From positions 96,001 through 160,000 of the IMG/VR virus record IMGVR_UViG_3300036987_000083: DNA of 64,000 nt. The stretch is one strand, 5' to 3'. Position numbers and translations under genes: made by a program. Within the stretch, counting starts at the first letter, position 1, and the number at the start of each line of letters is the position of its first letter. Under the pieces are notes generated by a model. That model made no database searches. It was not told the origin of the DNA and was given only the letters and a program-made list of their open reading frames with translations. The stretch is from a virus. Below are positions 48,710-57,943 of this stretch, one piece after another.

Positions 48710-49069
48710 ATGGGTTATCTCGATCCCGAAGCGCAGCGTAAGTACCAGCGGGAATGGAGAGCGCTACGGCGGGCTGAGTGGTTTAACGGAAAGAAATGCG
48801 TTGAGTGCGGTTCGACCCAAAATCTAGAGTTGGACCACATTGACCCTTCTAAAAAGGTGACCCACAACGTGTGGTCGTGGTCGAAAAAGCGTCGCGATGC
48901 CGAGCTGGGGAAGTGTCAAGCACTCTGCGATGTCTGCCATCAGAAAAAGACCATCGAGACCCGCGAAGTGCGAACGGATCACGGGCGAGGTCAGATGTAC
49001 CAAAACTACGGGTGTCGCTGCGTGAAGTGCCGGGCGTGGAAGAGTGCTTCAGATAAACTGTATCGCTAG
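48710..49069 (+). CDS. HNH endonuclease (paralog of 39766..40134)
   Basis: CVEC...LELDHIDP...KCQALCDVCH; HG...Y..GCRC..C. Confidence 0.85.
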   Translation: MGYLDPEAQRKYQREWRALRRAEWFNGKKCVECGSTQNLELDHIDPSKKVTHNVWSWSKKRRDAELGKCQALCDVCHQKKTIETREVRTDHGRGQMYQNYGCRCVKCRAWKSASDKLYR

Positions 49070-49153
49070 GTCTTTCCGCTCCGATGTCAGGGTTTCGAAG
49101 ATAGTAACGACCACATGGTCGGACGCAGCACGCAGCACTTCTAAGGACGCCGT

Positions 49154-49774
49154 ATGAAACCGTACCCTTCGATTCCCCGGGCGACCGGTCGAAGCTTTCA
49201 CGAAATTCCCAACGCGTACATCTTCGACAAGCTCGATGGTCGTAACATCCGAGTAGAGTGGTCGAGGAGGAACGGCTGGGGCAAGTGGGGTACACGGCAC
49301 CGTCTGTTCGATGCCACGGATGCTGAGTTTGCTCCGGCAATTCCGCTCTTTGAGCAGGTCTACGCGGAGCCCATGACAAAGATTGCCAGAGACAACCGCT
49401 GGGAGAGCGTGACGGCATTTCTAGAGTTGTGGCAACCGAACAGTCTCGGGGGTGTTTGGGTTCCAGGAGAGCCGTACACGCTTACGCTGTTCGACGTGGC
49501 ACCCTTCAAGCAGTGCCAGATGGCCCCGAAAGAGTTCATAGCGACCTTCAAGGGTGTCCCTACAGCGGCATTCTTGGGGCAGGCCAATTGGACCCGAGGC
49601 TACGTAGAGCGAGTGCGCTCAGGTCAAGTTGAAGGGGTAACTTTTGAGGGTGTCGTGGCGAAGGCAGGCGAGAAGCACAAGCTGGTGCTGTCGAAAGCGA
49701 AGCAGCAACGGTGGGTAGACGCGCTGAAGGCCAGGTATGGCGAGCAGGAAGGCAAGAGGCTTGCCGAGTCGTAG
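49154..49774 (+). CDS. ATP-dependent RNA ligase (compact, Rnl2-like adenylation domain)
   Basis: Motif I DKLDGRN, ELW, FDV, FEGVVAK, KAK; located in the tRNA array. Confidence 0.75.
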   Translation: MKPYPSIPRATGRSFHEIPNAYIFDKLDGRNIRVEWSRRNGWGKWGTRHRLFDATDAEFAPAIPLFEQVYAEPMTKIARDNRWESVTAFLELWQPNSLGGVWVPGEPYTLTLFDVAPFKQCQMAPKEFIATFKGVPTAAFLGQANWTRGYVERVRSGQVEGVTFEGVVAKAGEKHKLVLSKAKQQRWVDALKARYGEQEGKRLAES

Positions 49775-49781
49775 GAATTTT

Positions 49782-49866
49782 GGAGAGTTAACTAGCTAGG
49801 AGCTAGACCCGGTTGGAAACCGGTGGGTACCTGCAAAGGTATGAGATTCGAGTTCTCAGCTTTCCG
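49782..49866 (+). tRNA. trnS: tRNA-Ser(GGA)
   Basis: CCGG-TTGGAAA-CCGG; long variable arm. Confidence 0.85.
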
Positions 49867-49941
49867 CTCGTGAGGCGCATGAACTGGGTTACTTCCTGCT
49901 AAGAAAAATACCTAGTTCGACTTTATCCTCACGTTTTATTT

Positions 49942-50016
49942 GGCCCCGTAGCTCAGTTGGACCAGAGCGCTCCCCTTCTAAGGGAGAAGTCGCAGGTTCG
50001 AGTCCTGCCGGGGTCG
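49942..50016 (+). tRNA. trnR: tRNA-Arg(TCT)
   Basis: CTCCC-CTTCTAA-GGGAG. Confidence 0.9.
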
Positions 50017-50047
50017 TAGCCCAACACCACTGCTATTCCTCAGGCAC

Positions 50048-50076
50048 TTGACAATCGCAACACTACCGACTAGTAT
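50048..50076 (+). promoter_or_regulatory. sigma70-type promoter
   Basis: TTGACA-17-TAGTAT. Confidence 0.8.
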
Positions 50077-50181
50077 GCCTCTCAGTTCTCGGGAGGTGTG
50101 CCACGTTGCTTAGCTACTCCACGGCCTTGGAAGTACGGACCTCTTGTCAGGGCTTTGGGCACCTCTTCGTCGGCGGACGCT

Positions 50182-51444
50182 ATGGGTATTGATCCACACG
50201 AAAGCTTGCGTCAGCGCGTTGCCGCTCGGAAGAGCAAGGAAGAGATCCGCGCCAAGGCGTTGGAAGAGCTGCAGGCGAAGGAGGCCAAGCTCTGTAAGGC
50301 GCTGCGCGAGACCACCATGGATAGGCCGATCAAGGCTGAGTTCCACGAGCTGGTGAAGATTTGCCCGAAGATGGGGCAGCACCTCAGCCACGGTCCTGCT
50401 CTGTATGTCGGTGGGGTTGTCGAACGGTCCCCCTACGTCGAAGCCGTTTCGGAACTCCTGAAACTGGAACCGATTCGGGAATTGAAAGAGTGGAAGCCCC
50501 AGGGAAAGAGCGCGGAAGCGCTCTTTCGTTCTTTGGGGAGCCATCTTCTCGCGAAATACCCGCTTCCCCCTTTCCTGTGGAATGGCTTCATGGGTCCGCA
50601 GCGGGTGTGGTTCATCCCCATGGTTAGGCATCTCGCGCTCGGAGGCTCGCTCGCGCAGTACATCAAGACGAGCAATTTCCCCGTTAAGCTGACTCGCAAG
50701 CTGTGCCACGACTTTCTCAAAACACCCGCCAATACTGGAGTCATCCCTGCACTTCGGGGTGCGCAGATTCGCGGTCTCGGAGGGAGTAATCGGCTGTTGA
50801 CTGCGGTGTTGTCTACGCCGTTGGGCTCAACCCTTTGTGTGGATCAGGCCATGGAGGATTTCTACCAAGCAATGTTCCTCTGGTTTGTGAATCAGCCCAT
50901 GCTCGACCCGCAGCAGGTCGCCCCGATGGTGGATTACATCCGCCACTGCCGTGACACGGATACTGGCTACACGCTCAAAGGCCGCACCGCGCTCTCCTTG
51001 ATGCGTGGAATGGAAGAGTGGCACACGGAAACCGCTCGAAGGAGCGAAATTGGTCACAAAGGCGCTTCGCACTTTAAGCCTTCGGGATTTTCTGGCGCGG
51101 AGTATGACTTCTCGCGTGACAGCCCTACTGGGAAAATCATCGAGATTTGGCGCATTGCTGAAATCCTCACGGCCAAGGCACTGGCCGATGAAGGCAAACG
51201 GCAGGGCCACTGTGTTTTCTCCTATTCCCGTCGGATTGAGACTGGCTCTTGTTCCATCTGGACCCTCAGCAAAGAAGATAACAAGTCTCTCGCAGAACAT
51301 GGCGGGGTTTGGAACATGCTGACTTTGGAAGTCCGTAATGACATTCGGCAGGTAGTACAGGCCAGAGGCCGGTTCAACCGTTGCGCTACCACCCACGAGA
51401 AGAACATCCTGTCTCGCTGGATGGCTATGGGCGCCTACGTATGA
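50182..51444 (+). CDS. PcfJ-domain protein
   Basis: LADEGKRQGHCVFSY...G.CSIWTL...LTLEV....VVQARGRFN. Confidence 0.8.
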   Translation: MGIDPHESLRQRVAARKSKEEIRAKALEELQAKEAKLCKALRETTMDRPIKAEFHELVKICPKMGQHLSHGPALYVGGVVERSPYVEAVSELLKLEPIRELKEWKPQGKSAEALFRSLGSHLLAKYPLPPFLWNGFMGPQRVWFIPMVRHLALGGSLAQYIKTSNFPVKLTRKLCHDFLKTPANTGVIPALRGAQIRGLGGSNRLLTAVLSTPLGSTLCVDQAMEDFYQAMFLWFVNQPMLDPQQVAPMVDYIRHCRDTDTGYTLKGRTALSLMRGMEEWHTETARRSEIGHKGASHFKPSGFSGAEYDFSRDSPTGKIIEIWRIAEILTAKALADEGKRQGHCVFSYSRRIETGSCSIWTLSKEDNKSLAEHGGVWNMLTLEVRNDIRQVVQARGRFNRCATTHEKNILSRWMAMGAYV

Positions 51445-51569
51445 AGGTCTTCATTCTCTTCGATGAAGAGTTCCCGGCATCCCCGATTGTCTGTATCTAC
51501 TCGACGCTAGAGAAAGCCCAGAAGGCTGCAGCGGTGGCCAAGAGACTTTGGACGAGGAGGGTGAAGTGA
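51441..51569 (+). CDS. small hypothetical protein
   Basis: ATG overlaps the upstream stop. Confidence 0.4.
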   Translation: MKVFILFDEEFPASPIVCIYSTLEKAQKAAAVAKRLWTRRVK

Positions 51570-51621
51570 CCGAGCCTACGTATCGTGCTATTCCGCCTAA
51601 AAACATGAAAGAAGAACCAGA

Positions 51622-52230
51622 GTGAGCGTCAAAATCTATAATGCGCGACGGCTGAAACGCGGAGAAAAGCTTTGGCCTTTTGCGGTCTCCGTGCAGGAGC
51701 GCGCAGTAAAAAACATCAAAAAAGAGTTGACCTCTTGGTATCTTCGAATGTTGCGGGATGCAGAGGACCCTGGGCAGCGTAAGCACTTCCTCAAGTTACT
51801 TGAACTACCCTCCAACTACACTCGGCCACTCGATGCTTTTGCTTTTTCAAATTGGATTAACCGGGAAGTCCGGGCGCAGGCTGGACGAGGTATTTCGTCC
51901 GCCTTTGACATGGATGTTAGCGTCGTCTTTCACGAGTATAGGGGTCGCATCTACTTCCGCCATTTCGCGACCGGCATGATGGGGCACACCCTCAATTTCT
52001 TGCACCGTGACCCCCGTTCAGAAGACTTCCACTACCAGGATCAGGTCGACAAGAGTTCGGATTGCTCTAACGCTGCGTGGAAGCGTCGAGCGAAGATTTG
52101 GGGCTCCTTAATGGATCCCTGGGGGCGCTTAACCACAGGGCTTGTGCTGGAGATACTGTGTAGTTCGACGTTCTTCACTTTGGATTATGAAGTCCGGGAA
52201 GCTCTACCCCAGAAGAGGCGCACTCCGTGA
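51622..52230 (+). CDS. hypothetical protein
   Basis: ORF track; stop overlaps the next start. Confidence 0.65.
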   Translation: MSVKIYNARRLKRGEKLWPFAVSVQERAVKNIKKELTSWYLRMLRDAEDPGQRKHFLKLLELPSNYTRPLDAFAFSNWINREVRAQAGRGISSAFDMDVSVVFHEYRGRIYFRHFATGMMGHTLNFLHRDPRSEDFHYQDQVDKSSDCSNAAWKRRAKIWGSLMDPWGRLTTGLVLEILCSSTFFTLDYEVREALPQKRRTP

Positions 52231-53393
52231 AAATTTTGGTGACGGCAGGTACTGTCTACGGCCCCCTTGACGCGAATAAGTTGGTCGGGAACCGTATTAG
52301 GGGCATTTGGGCGACAAGATTTGCTTGCTGGCTCTTTGCGCGCGGCCACTCGATTCACCTCTTGCTCCCTGACACGTTCGATAAGGACCGTCTGCAGAAG
52401 GAGCTGCGCGAGATGCCCTTTCCTTCGACGCCTCAGCTTGTGGCGAACTTCAAGTCACCACCCACCTTCGACATTCATTACCACGACGGGTACAACACTT
52501 ACGCGGCCCTGTGTTACGAGCTGGCTCCGTCGGTGGACGCGGCTATTTTGGCGGCTGCCGTCGTGAACTGGATTCCTGAGACGCCCTTCAAGGGGAAGAT
52601 GCCGACCGAAGGCTTTGAGGAGGGGGCTATTCTGAACATCCCTTTCATCCTCGCCCCACGCGTCATTGACAGGATGAAGAAGCTTAACCCCGGACTGACG
52701 CTTATTGGCTGCAAGATGACTGCAGACGCAGACAAGCTCACGACGATTCGAGCGGCCTATCAAACTCTGCTTAAGGCTCGCTGCAATGTTGTAGTGGGCA
52801 ACGACCTCTCCCGGCTTAAGCTCAAGCTGTTAGTGTATCCAGACGGAAATGCAGAGGGCATGGAGGACTTCTCGCGCTTTTATCACGAGCTTGAGGCAGT
52901 ACTGCTGGATAAACATTACCGTACTGAGGTGACTGAGGTCTCGGCTGCGGATGTTGCTGCCACCCGAGACGCCTGCCAACGTTTCGATGCGCTCGTTGAA
53001 AAGTATCGCACACGTTTCGTAAAGCGCATCGATGGGGGCGACCGTGTCTTCGGGGCAGTCGCAGTACGCATTGATGCGGATCACTTGCTTGTCAGCCCCC
53101 GGGAGAAGGGCGCTATGTTCTCTTCTCGGGAGGCGGTTGTGGTGACCCATGCCGACGCGCAGAAACGTCAGGTTTTCACGATGCAAGGGCAAAAGGCCAC
53201 CCTTAATGCTCCGTTGCTTTTGCGCGTCATGCGCCAGTATCGCGCTTCCGCTGTTGTGCACTTGCACGAGCAGAACGCCTTGTGGCCAGAGTTGCCCTAT
53301 GCGCCTCCTGGTACGCAGCGCGACAATGATCGGACGTTTGAGACCCCAGCCTTCAACATTGCGGGTCACGGCTGCATCTTTACGGAAGCCTAA
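52227..53393 (+). CDS. CoaB (DFP C-terminal)-like domain fused to a class II aldolase/adducin-like domain
   Basis: KILVTAG...LD....GN...G, ILAAAV, LIGCK, VVGNDL; C-terminal LLVSP...AVVHLH. Confidence 0.7.
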   Translation: MKILVTAGTVYGPLDANKLVGNRIRGIWATRFACWLFARGHSIHLLLPDTFDKDRLQKELREMPFPSTPQLVANFKSPPTFDIHYHDGYNTYAALCYELAPSVDAAILAAAVVNWIPETPFKGKMPTEGFEEGAILNIPFILAPRVIDRMKKLNPGLTLIGCKMTADADKLTTIRAAYQTLLKARCNVVVGNDLSRLKLKLLVYPDGNAEGMEDFSRFYHELEAVLLDKHYRTEVTEVSAADVAATRDACQRFDALVEKYRTRFVKRIDGGDRVFGAVAVRIDADHLLVSPREKGAMFSSREAVVVTHADAQKRQVFTMQGQKATLNAPLLLRVMRQYRASAVVHLHEQNALWPELPYAPPGTQRDNDRTFETPAFNIAGHGCIFTEA

Positions 53394-54497
53394 ATGTGGC
53401 ATTGGCCCCTGGGGGAAATTTGCTCGCCCCTCCCGGCACTCGGGGAGCCCGGGGCGTTTGGGACCAAACGCTTGCATGACACCCATACGGGCGTAGACCT
53501 CTACTGTGACCTCGGCACGGAGGTGTTTGCGGTCGAGGGAGGTAAGGTTGTCTCTGTCGAACGGTTTACTGGGGATGCTGCTGGCAGTCCTTGGTGGCTA
53601 GAGACTTGGGCTGTGCTGGTGGAGGGTGCCTCGGGTGTGGTGGTTTATGGGGAGCTTGAAAAACCTTCTGTCGCTGAAGGCGACCACGTGGTCGCTGGCG
53701 CGCGAGTCGGTAAGGTGGCCCGCGTACTCATTAAGGATAAGGGTCGTCCGATGAGCATGCTGCATTTGGAGTTATACGCCGCAGGTACTACAAGAACGAA
53801 GTGGTGGAGATACGAACGACCCGCAGACTTGGTTGATCCCACCCCTTATTTGCTGGAGGCAGAAATGGGAACAGAGCGGCGTAGCTGTACCACCAGTAAC
53901 TACGACAGTCTGTACGCTCGTTGGCTGGAGAAGCCTGGAGCGCTGCTGGACTGGGGCGGGTATAACCCTGCCAAGCATAACCTGTTGGATCTTTGTGGAG
54001 GTACTGGAGCAGTTTCGCTCGCAGCCCGCACGCGTGGGGGTACTGCAACACTTTTGGACTTACGTCCTCGTTGCCCGGATGAAGAGGTGATTCCCATCCA
54101 AGGTCGTGCTGAGAACCTAAACCTGCTCGCTAGTGGGCGTACTTGGAACTTCGTGGTGTGTAGACAATCTCTTGGGTATTTGAACCTGCCAAGGGTCGCG
54201 CAAACGCTCTACGGGGCCACTACGCCCGGGGCACTTTTCGTCTGCAACAACTTCCAAAAACCTAAGTGGTCACTTCGACCCTACCTGTACCGGGGCAAGT
54301 GGTACGTGGAGGCGTCAGGGTACTTGGGCAAGAAGGTGTTCCACCTGCAGGCTACGGGAGATGACTACGACATTACTACCTTCCGCTGGCACACCCCCGA
54401 AGAGGTCCAGGAAGCGTTCTCTACCGCAGGCTGGATGCTGGTACGACAGGAGCTGGGGGAAAAGTCCGCAAAATTCTGCTTCCAGCGGAAACCCTAG
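53394..54497 (+). CDS. M23-family peptidase domain fused in frame to a SAM-dependent methyltransferase
   Basis: HTGVDL, LHLE; LLDLCGGTG; internal GGAGG-N5-ATG at 53855-53867. Confidence 0.7.
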   Translation: MWHWPLGEICSPLPALGEPGAFGTKRLHDTHTGVDLYCDLGTEVFAVEGGKVVSVERFTGDAAGSPWWLETWAVLVEGASGVVVYGELEKPSVAEGDHVVAGARVGKVARVLIKDKGRPMSMLHLELYAAGTTRTKWWRYERPADLVDPTPYLLEAEMGTERRSCTTSNYDSLYARWLEKPGALLDWGGYNPAKHNLLDLCGGTGAVSLAARTRGGTATLLDLRPRCPDEEVIPIQGRAENLNLLASGRTWNFVVCRQSLGYLNLPRVAQTLYGATTPGALFVCNNFQKPKWSLRPYLYRGKWYVEASGYLGKKVFHLQATGDDYDITTFRWHTPEEVQEAFSTAGWMLVRQELGEKSAKFCFQRKP

Positions 54498-54501
54498 CGA
54501 C

Positions 54502-54530
54502 TTGACACCCGGGCTGTCGTAGTATAGTAT
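54502..54530 (+). promoter_or_regulatory. sigma70-type promoter
   Basis: TTGACA-17-TAGTAT. Confidence 0.8.
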
Positions 54531-54558
54531 GAGCTTCGTAGCCTGGAAGCTCTTGTAA

Positions 54559-54633
54559 GGCCTCTTAGCTCAATAGGCAGAGCGTGAACAGTAATGACGT
54601 TCAAGGTAATCGGTTCGAATCCGATAGAGGTCG
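54559..54633 (+). tRNA. isolated tRNA-like gene with a 9-nt anticodon loop (central AAT)
   Basis: Canonical acceptor, D and T arms; TGAAC-AGTAATGAC-GTTCA. Confidence 0.7.
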
Positions 54634-54647
54634 TCAGAGGTGACATC

Positions 54648-55292
54648 ATGGGAGCAAAGTCGGGAGGGAAGGAACTGCCGCGCGCAGAGCGGGGTCGAGC
54701 GGCCAACTACGGAGTGGCTCTTCCGCCCAGCGAGATGCTGCGGCTTATGCGCCATGGCGGCGCTGCTCCCACTGTAGAGGAGGTAGAAGCCCAAGGCCAG
54801 CGGGAGCTGATTGCGGCTAACGGTGCCTCGCTTCCCATCAAGGGGAGTGACAACCCTGTATTTGTCCGAATGGGCTTTGTTTTTGGCCTTCCGTTGGACA
54901 AGTTCTTCCGGGAAGCTAAAATGCCGATGGGGTGGAAGATACAGCCCAGTAATGAGCACGTGATGCGCAGCGATATCTTGGACTCCAAGGGTCGACGACG
55001 CGTGAGGGTCCACTACAGGGCGCTGCTTACCGCTCGAATGGCTCGCATGGAGCCTACGGTCCGGTATACTGCCGAAATAGAGTACCAAGGCGAGTTCGGT
55101 AGGCCGGGGGAGTCCAACCGGGGGTTTGTTTTTGATCACTCAACCCGAACCGAGGTGTTCTCTACTAAGACCCTGCGGCGAGAAGGGCTCGACCGTAAGT
55201 TTCTGCGCATCGAGGACTTGCGAGCGGAGACGAGCGCATGGCTCGCTACGCACTTTCCAGAGCACCAGAATCCAGAAGCTTACTGGGATTAG
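54648..55292 (+). CDS. hypothetical protein
   Basis: GAGGTG RBS before ATG 54648. Confidence 0.65.
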   Translation: MGAKSGGKELPRAERGRAANYGVALPPSEMLRLMRHGGAAPTVEEVEAQGQRELIAANGASLPIKGSDNPVFVRMGFVFGLPLDKFFREAKMPMGWKIQPSNEHVMRSDILDSKGRRRVRVHYRALLTARMARMEPTVRYTAEIEYQGEFGRPGESNRGFVFDHSTRTEVFSTKTLRREGLDRKFLRIEDLRAETSAWLATHFPEHQNPEAYWD

Positions 55293-55350
55293 CTCCAGCT
55301 AGCTCGGACGGGGCTGGCAGTTTCGCCATCCGTGGGGTACACTTCGTGGA

Positions 55351-55995
55351 ATGGCACGGTTAGCATTTACAGACTACCTCCAATCCTTCCCATTTTGGAT
55401 GATGGATGTCGGGATAGTTGGCGGGTTGCCAGTTTTTAATCCTGTGCTGGGGTTTGCGTCCATAACCTCACCAGAGATAACCATCGAGCAGTACCCAATT
55501 CGGCAGGCAAACTGGTATTTTGACAGAAATGTCGTGCACCGGGCCAGCATAAGCCCGTATACGGTACGTCGTGGGGTAACTTTCTACGATTCGGATTTCT
55601 GGAAATGGTCCATGGCTGCGCTCTCTGGGGGTACGGCCTACACGACGTTCGGCTCTTCCTATCGTCGAAGCTTCGTACTCATCCATTTCTTTGCGAGAAA
55701 TCCACTTGAGGGCCTGGGAGTCCCGAAGGGTCCTTTGGTCGGGGCAAAGCTTAACTTTGGTCCATTTGAATTCGCGCTTCGTGTTCCAGCGAGGGCCTAC
55801 TTGCTGAAGGGCTGCATCCCCGCCAGGTGGAAGAGCGGCAACGACTTCGACGCTATGGACGGTTCGGTGTCTATTGCCGAACTGGACTTTACCTGCGAAG
55901 GTGTGGAGGAAGTCAGCTTGGGAGGGGCGGCTTCGGCAGCCGTCGGGCTATTAACGGGTGCTGCGCAACCTGTAATATCTTCCGCAATAGGGTAG
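55351..55995 (+). CDS. second gp19-family (tail tube / baseplate initiator-like) protein
   Basis: GFASITSPEI...Y.., TVRRGVT..DSDFW.W, W.SGNDFDA...VSIAELDFTCE. Confidence 0.75.
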   Translation: MARLAFTDYLQSFPFWMMDVGIVGGLPVFNPVLGFASITSPEITIEQYPIRQANWYFDRNVVHRASISPYTVRRGVTFYDSDFWKWSMAALSGGTAYTTFGSSYRRSFVLIHFFARNPLEGLGVPKGPLVGAKLNFGPFEFALRVPARAYLLKGCIPARWKSGNDFDAMDGSVSIAELDFTCEGVEEVSLGGAASAAVGLLTGAAQPVISSAIG

Positions 55996-56006
55996 GAGTA
56001 GGGAGA

Positions 56007-56246
56007 ATGCGAAAAAAACAACGTGAATGGGAAACCCTAGATGTCGCATCCTTGTTAGGAATTGAGCTTCCTGAGGAGGCCGGACAAGCGGGTGTTACGA
56101 CTACCGCTAATGTAGGGGCCTATCCTGTGCCTATCGGCCCGGTTCTTCGGCGACAGATGCTCACCAGGGGCGTTAATGGGGGGCAACTGCAAGACATCCC
56201 CTCTGCATACCGCGAGCTACTGGGGCTCAAAAAAAAGAAAAGGTAA
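56007..56246 (+). CDS. small hypothetical protein
   Basis: GGGAG RBS. Confidence 0.55.
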   Translation: MRKKQREWETLDVASLLGIELPEEAGQAGVTTTANVGAYPVPIGPVLRRQMLTRGVNGGQLQDIPSAYRELLGLKKKKR

Positions 56247-56290
56247 CAAGGGTATTGACCGGTACTTAAGCTCTGATGTATGCAGTAGGC

Positions 56291-56863
56291 ATGACAGACT
56301 TGAACGGGGAAATAGAGACGCTTCCTCAGGGCACTCTGGAAGACAAACGCTCGTGGGAGCAAAGAGTTCGAGAAGCCGCCAAGGACCGTTGCTCCAATTG
56401 TGGCGGGAATGACCGTACTCGGGTTGGCATGATTGTGCCTTCGGGGGCCGGGGGACAGACTGTGACCTCCAATGGGGTGTTGCTTTGTCGCCCCTGTGAG
56501 CTGGCCTCGGAGTCACTAGGCACCGGAAAACGCCGTGAGCAAAGTCGGCGTCTTCTTAACTTCTGGGTCAGCCGGTCGTTTTACGACAGGATTCAGCACA
56601 GCATCGAGGGCCAGAATGGCTTTCACAGCGTAAGTGCCTTGGTGCGGTACTTGATGTCGAAATACATCGTAGACGAAGCACGATTTGACGACTTGGAGCG
56701 GCATCAGGACTCGGGTGCCGACGTCAAAATAAACGTTTGGGTGGATGTGGATGCCTACACCACTTTCAGGCAGCTCGTGGATGCCCGAGGCCTGACTGTT
56801 ACTGACGCAGTGAAGAGTCTAATTCTCGTCTATCAAGAGACTATGGCGGAGCTTACCTCATAG
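56291..56863 (+). CDS. degenerate HNH/Zn-finger fused to ribbon-helix-helix-like domains (putative regulator)
   Basis: CSNC...GMIVP..GG....N..LLCRPCE; LLNFWVSRSFYDRI and KINVWVDVDAYTTF. Confidence 0.6.
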   Translation: MTDLNGEIETLPQGTLEDKRSWEQRVREAAKDRCSNCGGNDRTRVGMIVPSGAGGQTVTSNGVLLCRPCELASESLGTGKRREQSRRLLNFWVSRSFYDRIQHSIEGQNGFHSVSALVRYLMSKYIVDEARFDDLERHQDSGADVKINVWVDVDAYTTFRQLVDARGLTVTDAVKSLILVYQETMAELTS

Positions 56864-56891
56864 TCTTGAAGCTTTTCCAAAGGAGTGCACA

Positions 56892-57671
56892 ATGACGGTT
56901 GAAATGGCGAGCATCGGTGCGTTAGAGACCCCGAAGTCTACGCTGGGTGTTTTCGAGTTACCATGCGGGTATGTGGATGCGACTGGAGCGCTTCACACGG
57001 AAGTTGCCCTGCGCGAGCTGACGGGTGCCGAAGAGGACTTGCTGGCAAGCAAGCAGCTCAATGCCTTTAAGAAGTACAATGAGCTTTTGGTTCGTTGTAC
57101 TCAACGCATTGGCACTATTACTGACCGAGGACAGATCGCTGCTGCTGTTAAGGGTCTACCTGTCGGAGACCGCTTGTTTCTGCTTTTTGCTATTCGTCGT
57201 GTTTCCATTGGGGACGAGTATCTTTTCGAGGAGACGTGCCCAAACACCGCGTGTAAGCATAAAGGCAATTTCTCCGTAGCGCTATCTGAGCTGAAGGTGA
57301 AGAAGATGCCAGAGCCGCATAAGCGCATTTATGACGCGGTGTTGCCCTCCGGGGCCACAGCGCGTTTTCGCGTCAGCACTGGCTTAGATGAAGAGAAAGC
57401 TATGGCTTCTGAAGCAAAAACAGAAGAGTCCCAGCTCTCTAAGGGCATTCTCATGCGCTTGGAGTTGCTAAACGGTGCGCCACCTGAGTTGCAGGCTGTG
57501 AGGGAGATGCGGTGGCGGGATCGCGTCGCGCTACGGGCGCAGTGGGATGCGGTAGAGGGTGGAGTTGACACCGAAACTGACATGAGTTGTCCGAACTGCG
57601 GCCATGAGTACAAGAAAGACATCGAAGTGACTCCAAGTTTTTTCTTCCCTTCGGCGACATCGAAAATCTAG
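56892..57671 (+). CDS. tail / baseplate assembly chaperone (gp26-like); -1 frameshift product extends to 57817
   Basis: LRELTG.EED.L, GDR.FLL..IR..S.G, CP..C, CPNCG; slippery TTTTTTC at 57638-57644. Confidence 0.8.
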   Translation: MTVEMASIGALETPKSTLGVFELPCGYVDATGALHTEVALRELTGAEEDLLASKQLNAFKKYNELLVRCTQRIGTITDRGQIAAAVKGLPVGDRLFLLFAIRRVSIGDEYLFEETCPNTACKHKGNFSVALSELKVKKMPEPHKRIYDAVLPSGATARFRVSTGLDEEKAMASEAKTEESQLSKGILMRLELLNGAPPELQAVREMRWRDRVALRAQWDAVEGGVDTETDMSCPNCGHEYKKDIEVTPSFFFPSATSKI

Positions 57672-57943
57672 AGAGCGATCTCTTTTACCTTATGGAGGCC
57701 TGGCATTTAGACTGGGCCGCTGTTATGGCGATGCCGTCGTCAGTCAGATACCGAATCATGCTTAAGAAAATAGAGCTGGAGAAAAAGAAGCAAGATTACG
57801 CTAATCGTCCAAGGTAGCGACCACGTGGTCGTCCACTTTAGTTGACGCAATTGCGGGAGCAGTTGTAGGCTCTAGGGGCAGTACGCAGAACCTGTCCACC
57901 AAACGGTCTAAGTCCGATAAAACGCTAACCCCAGGAGTACACC

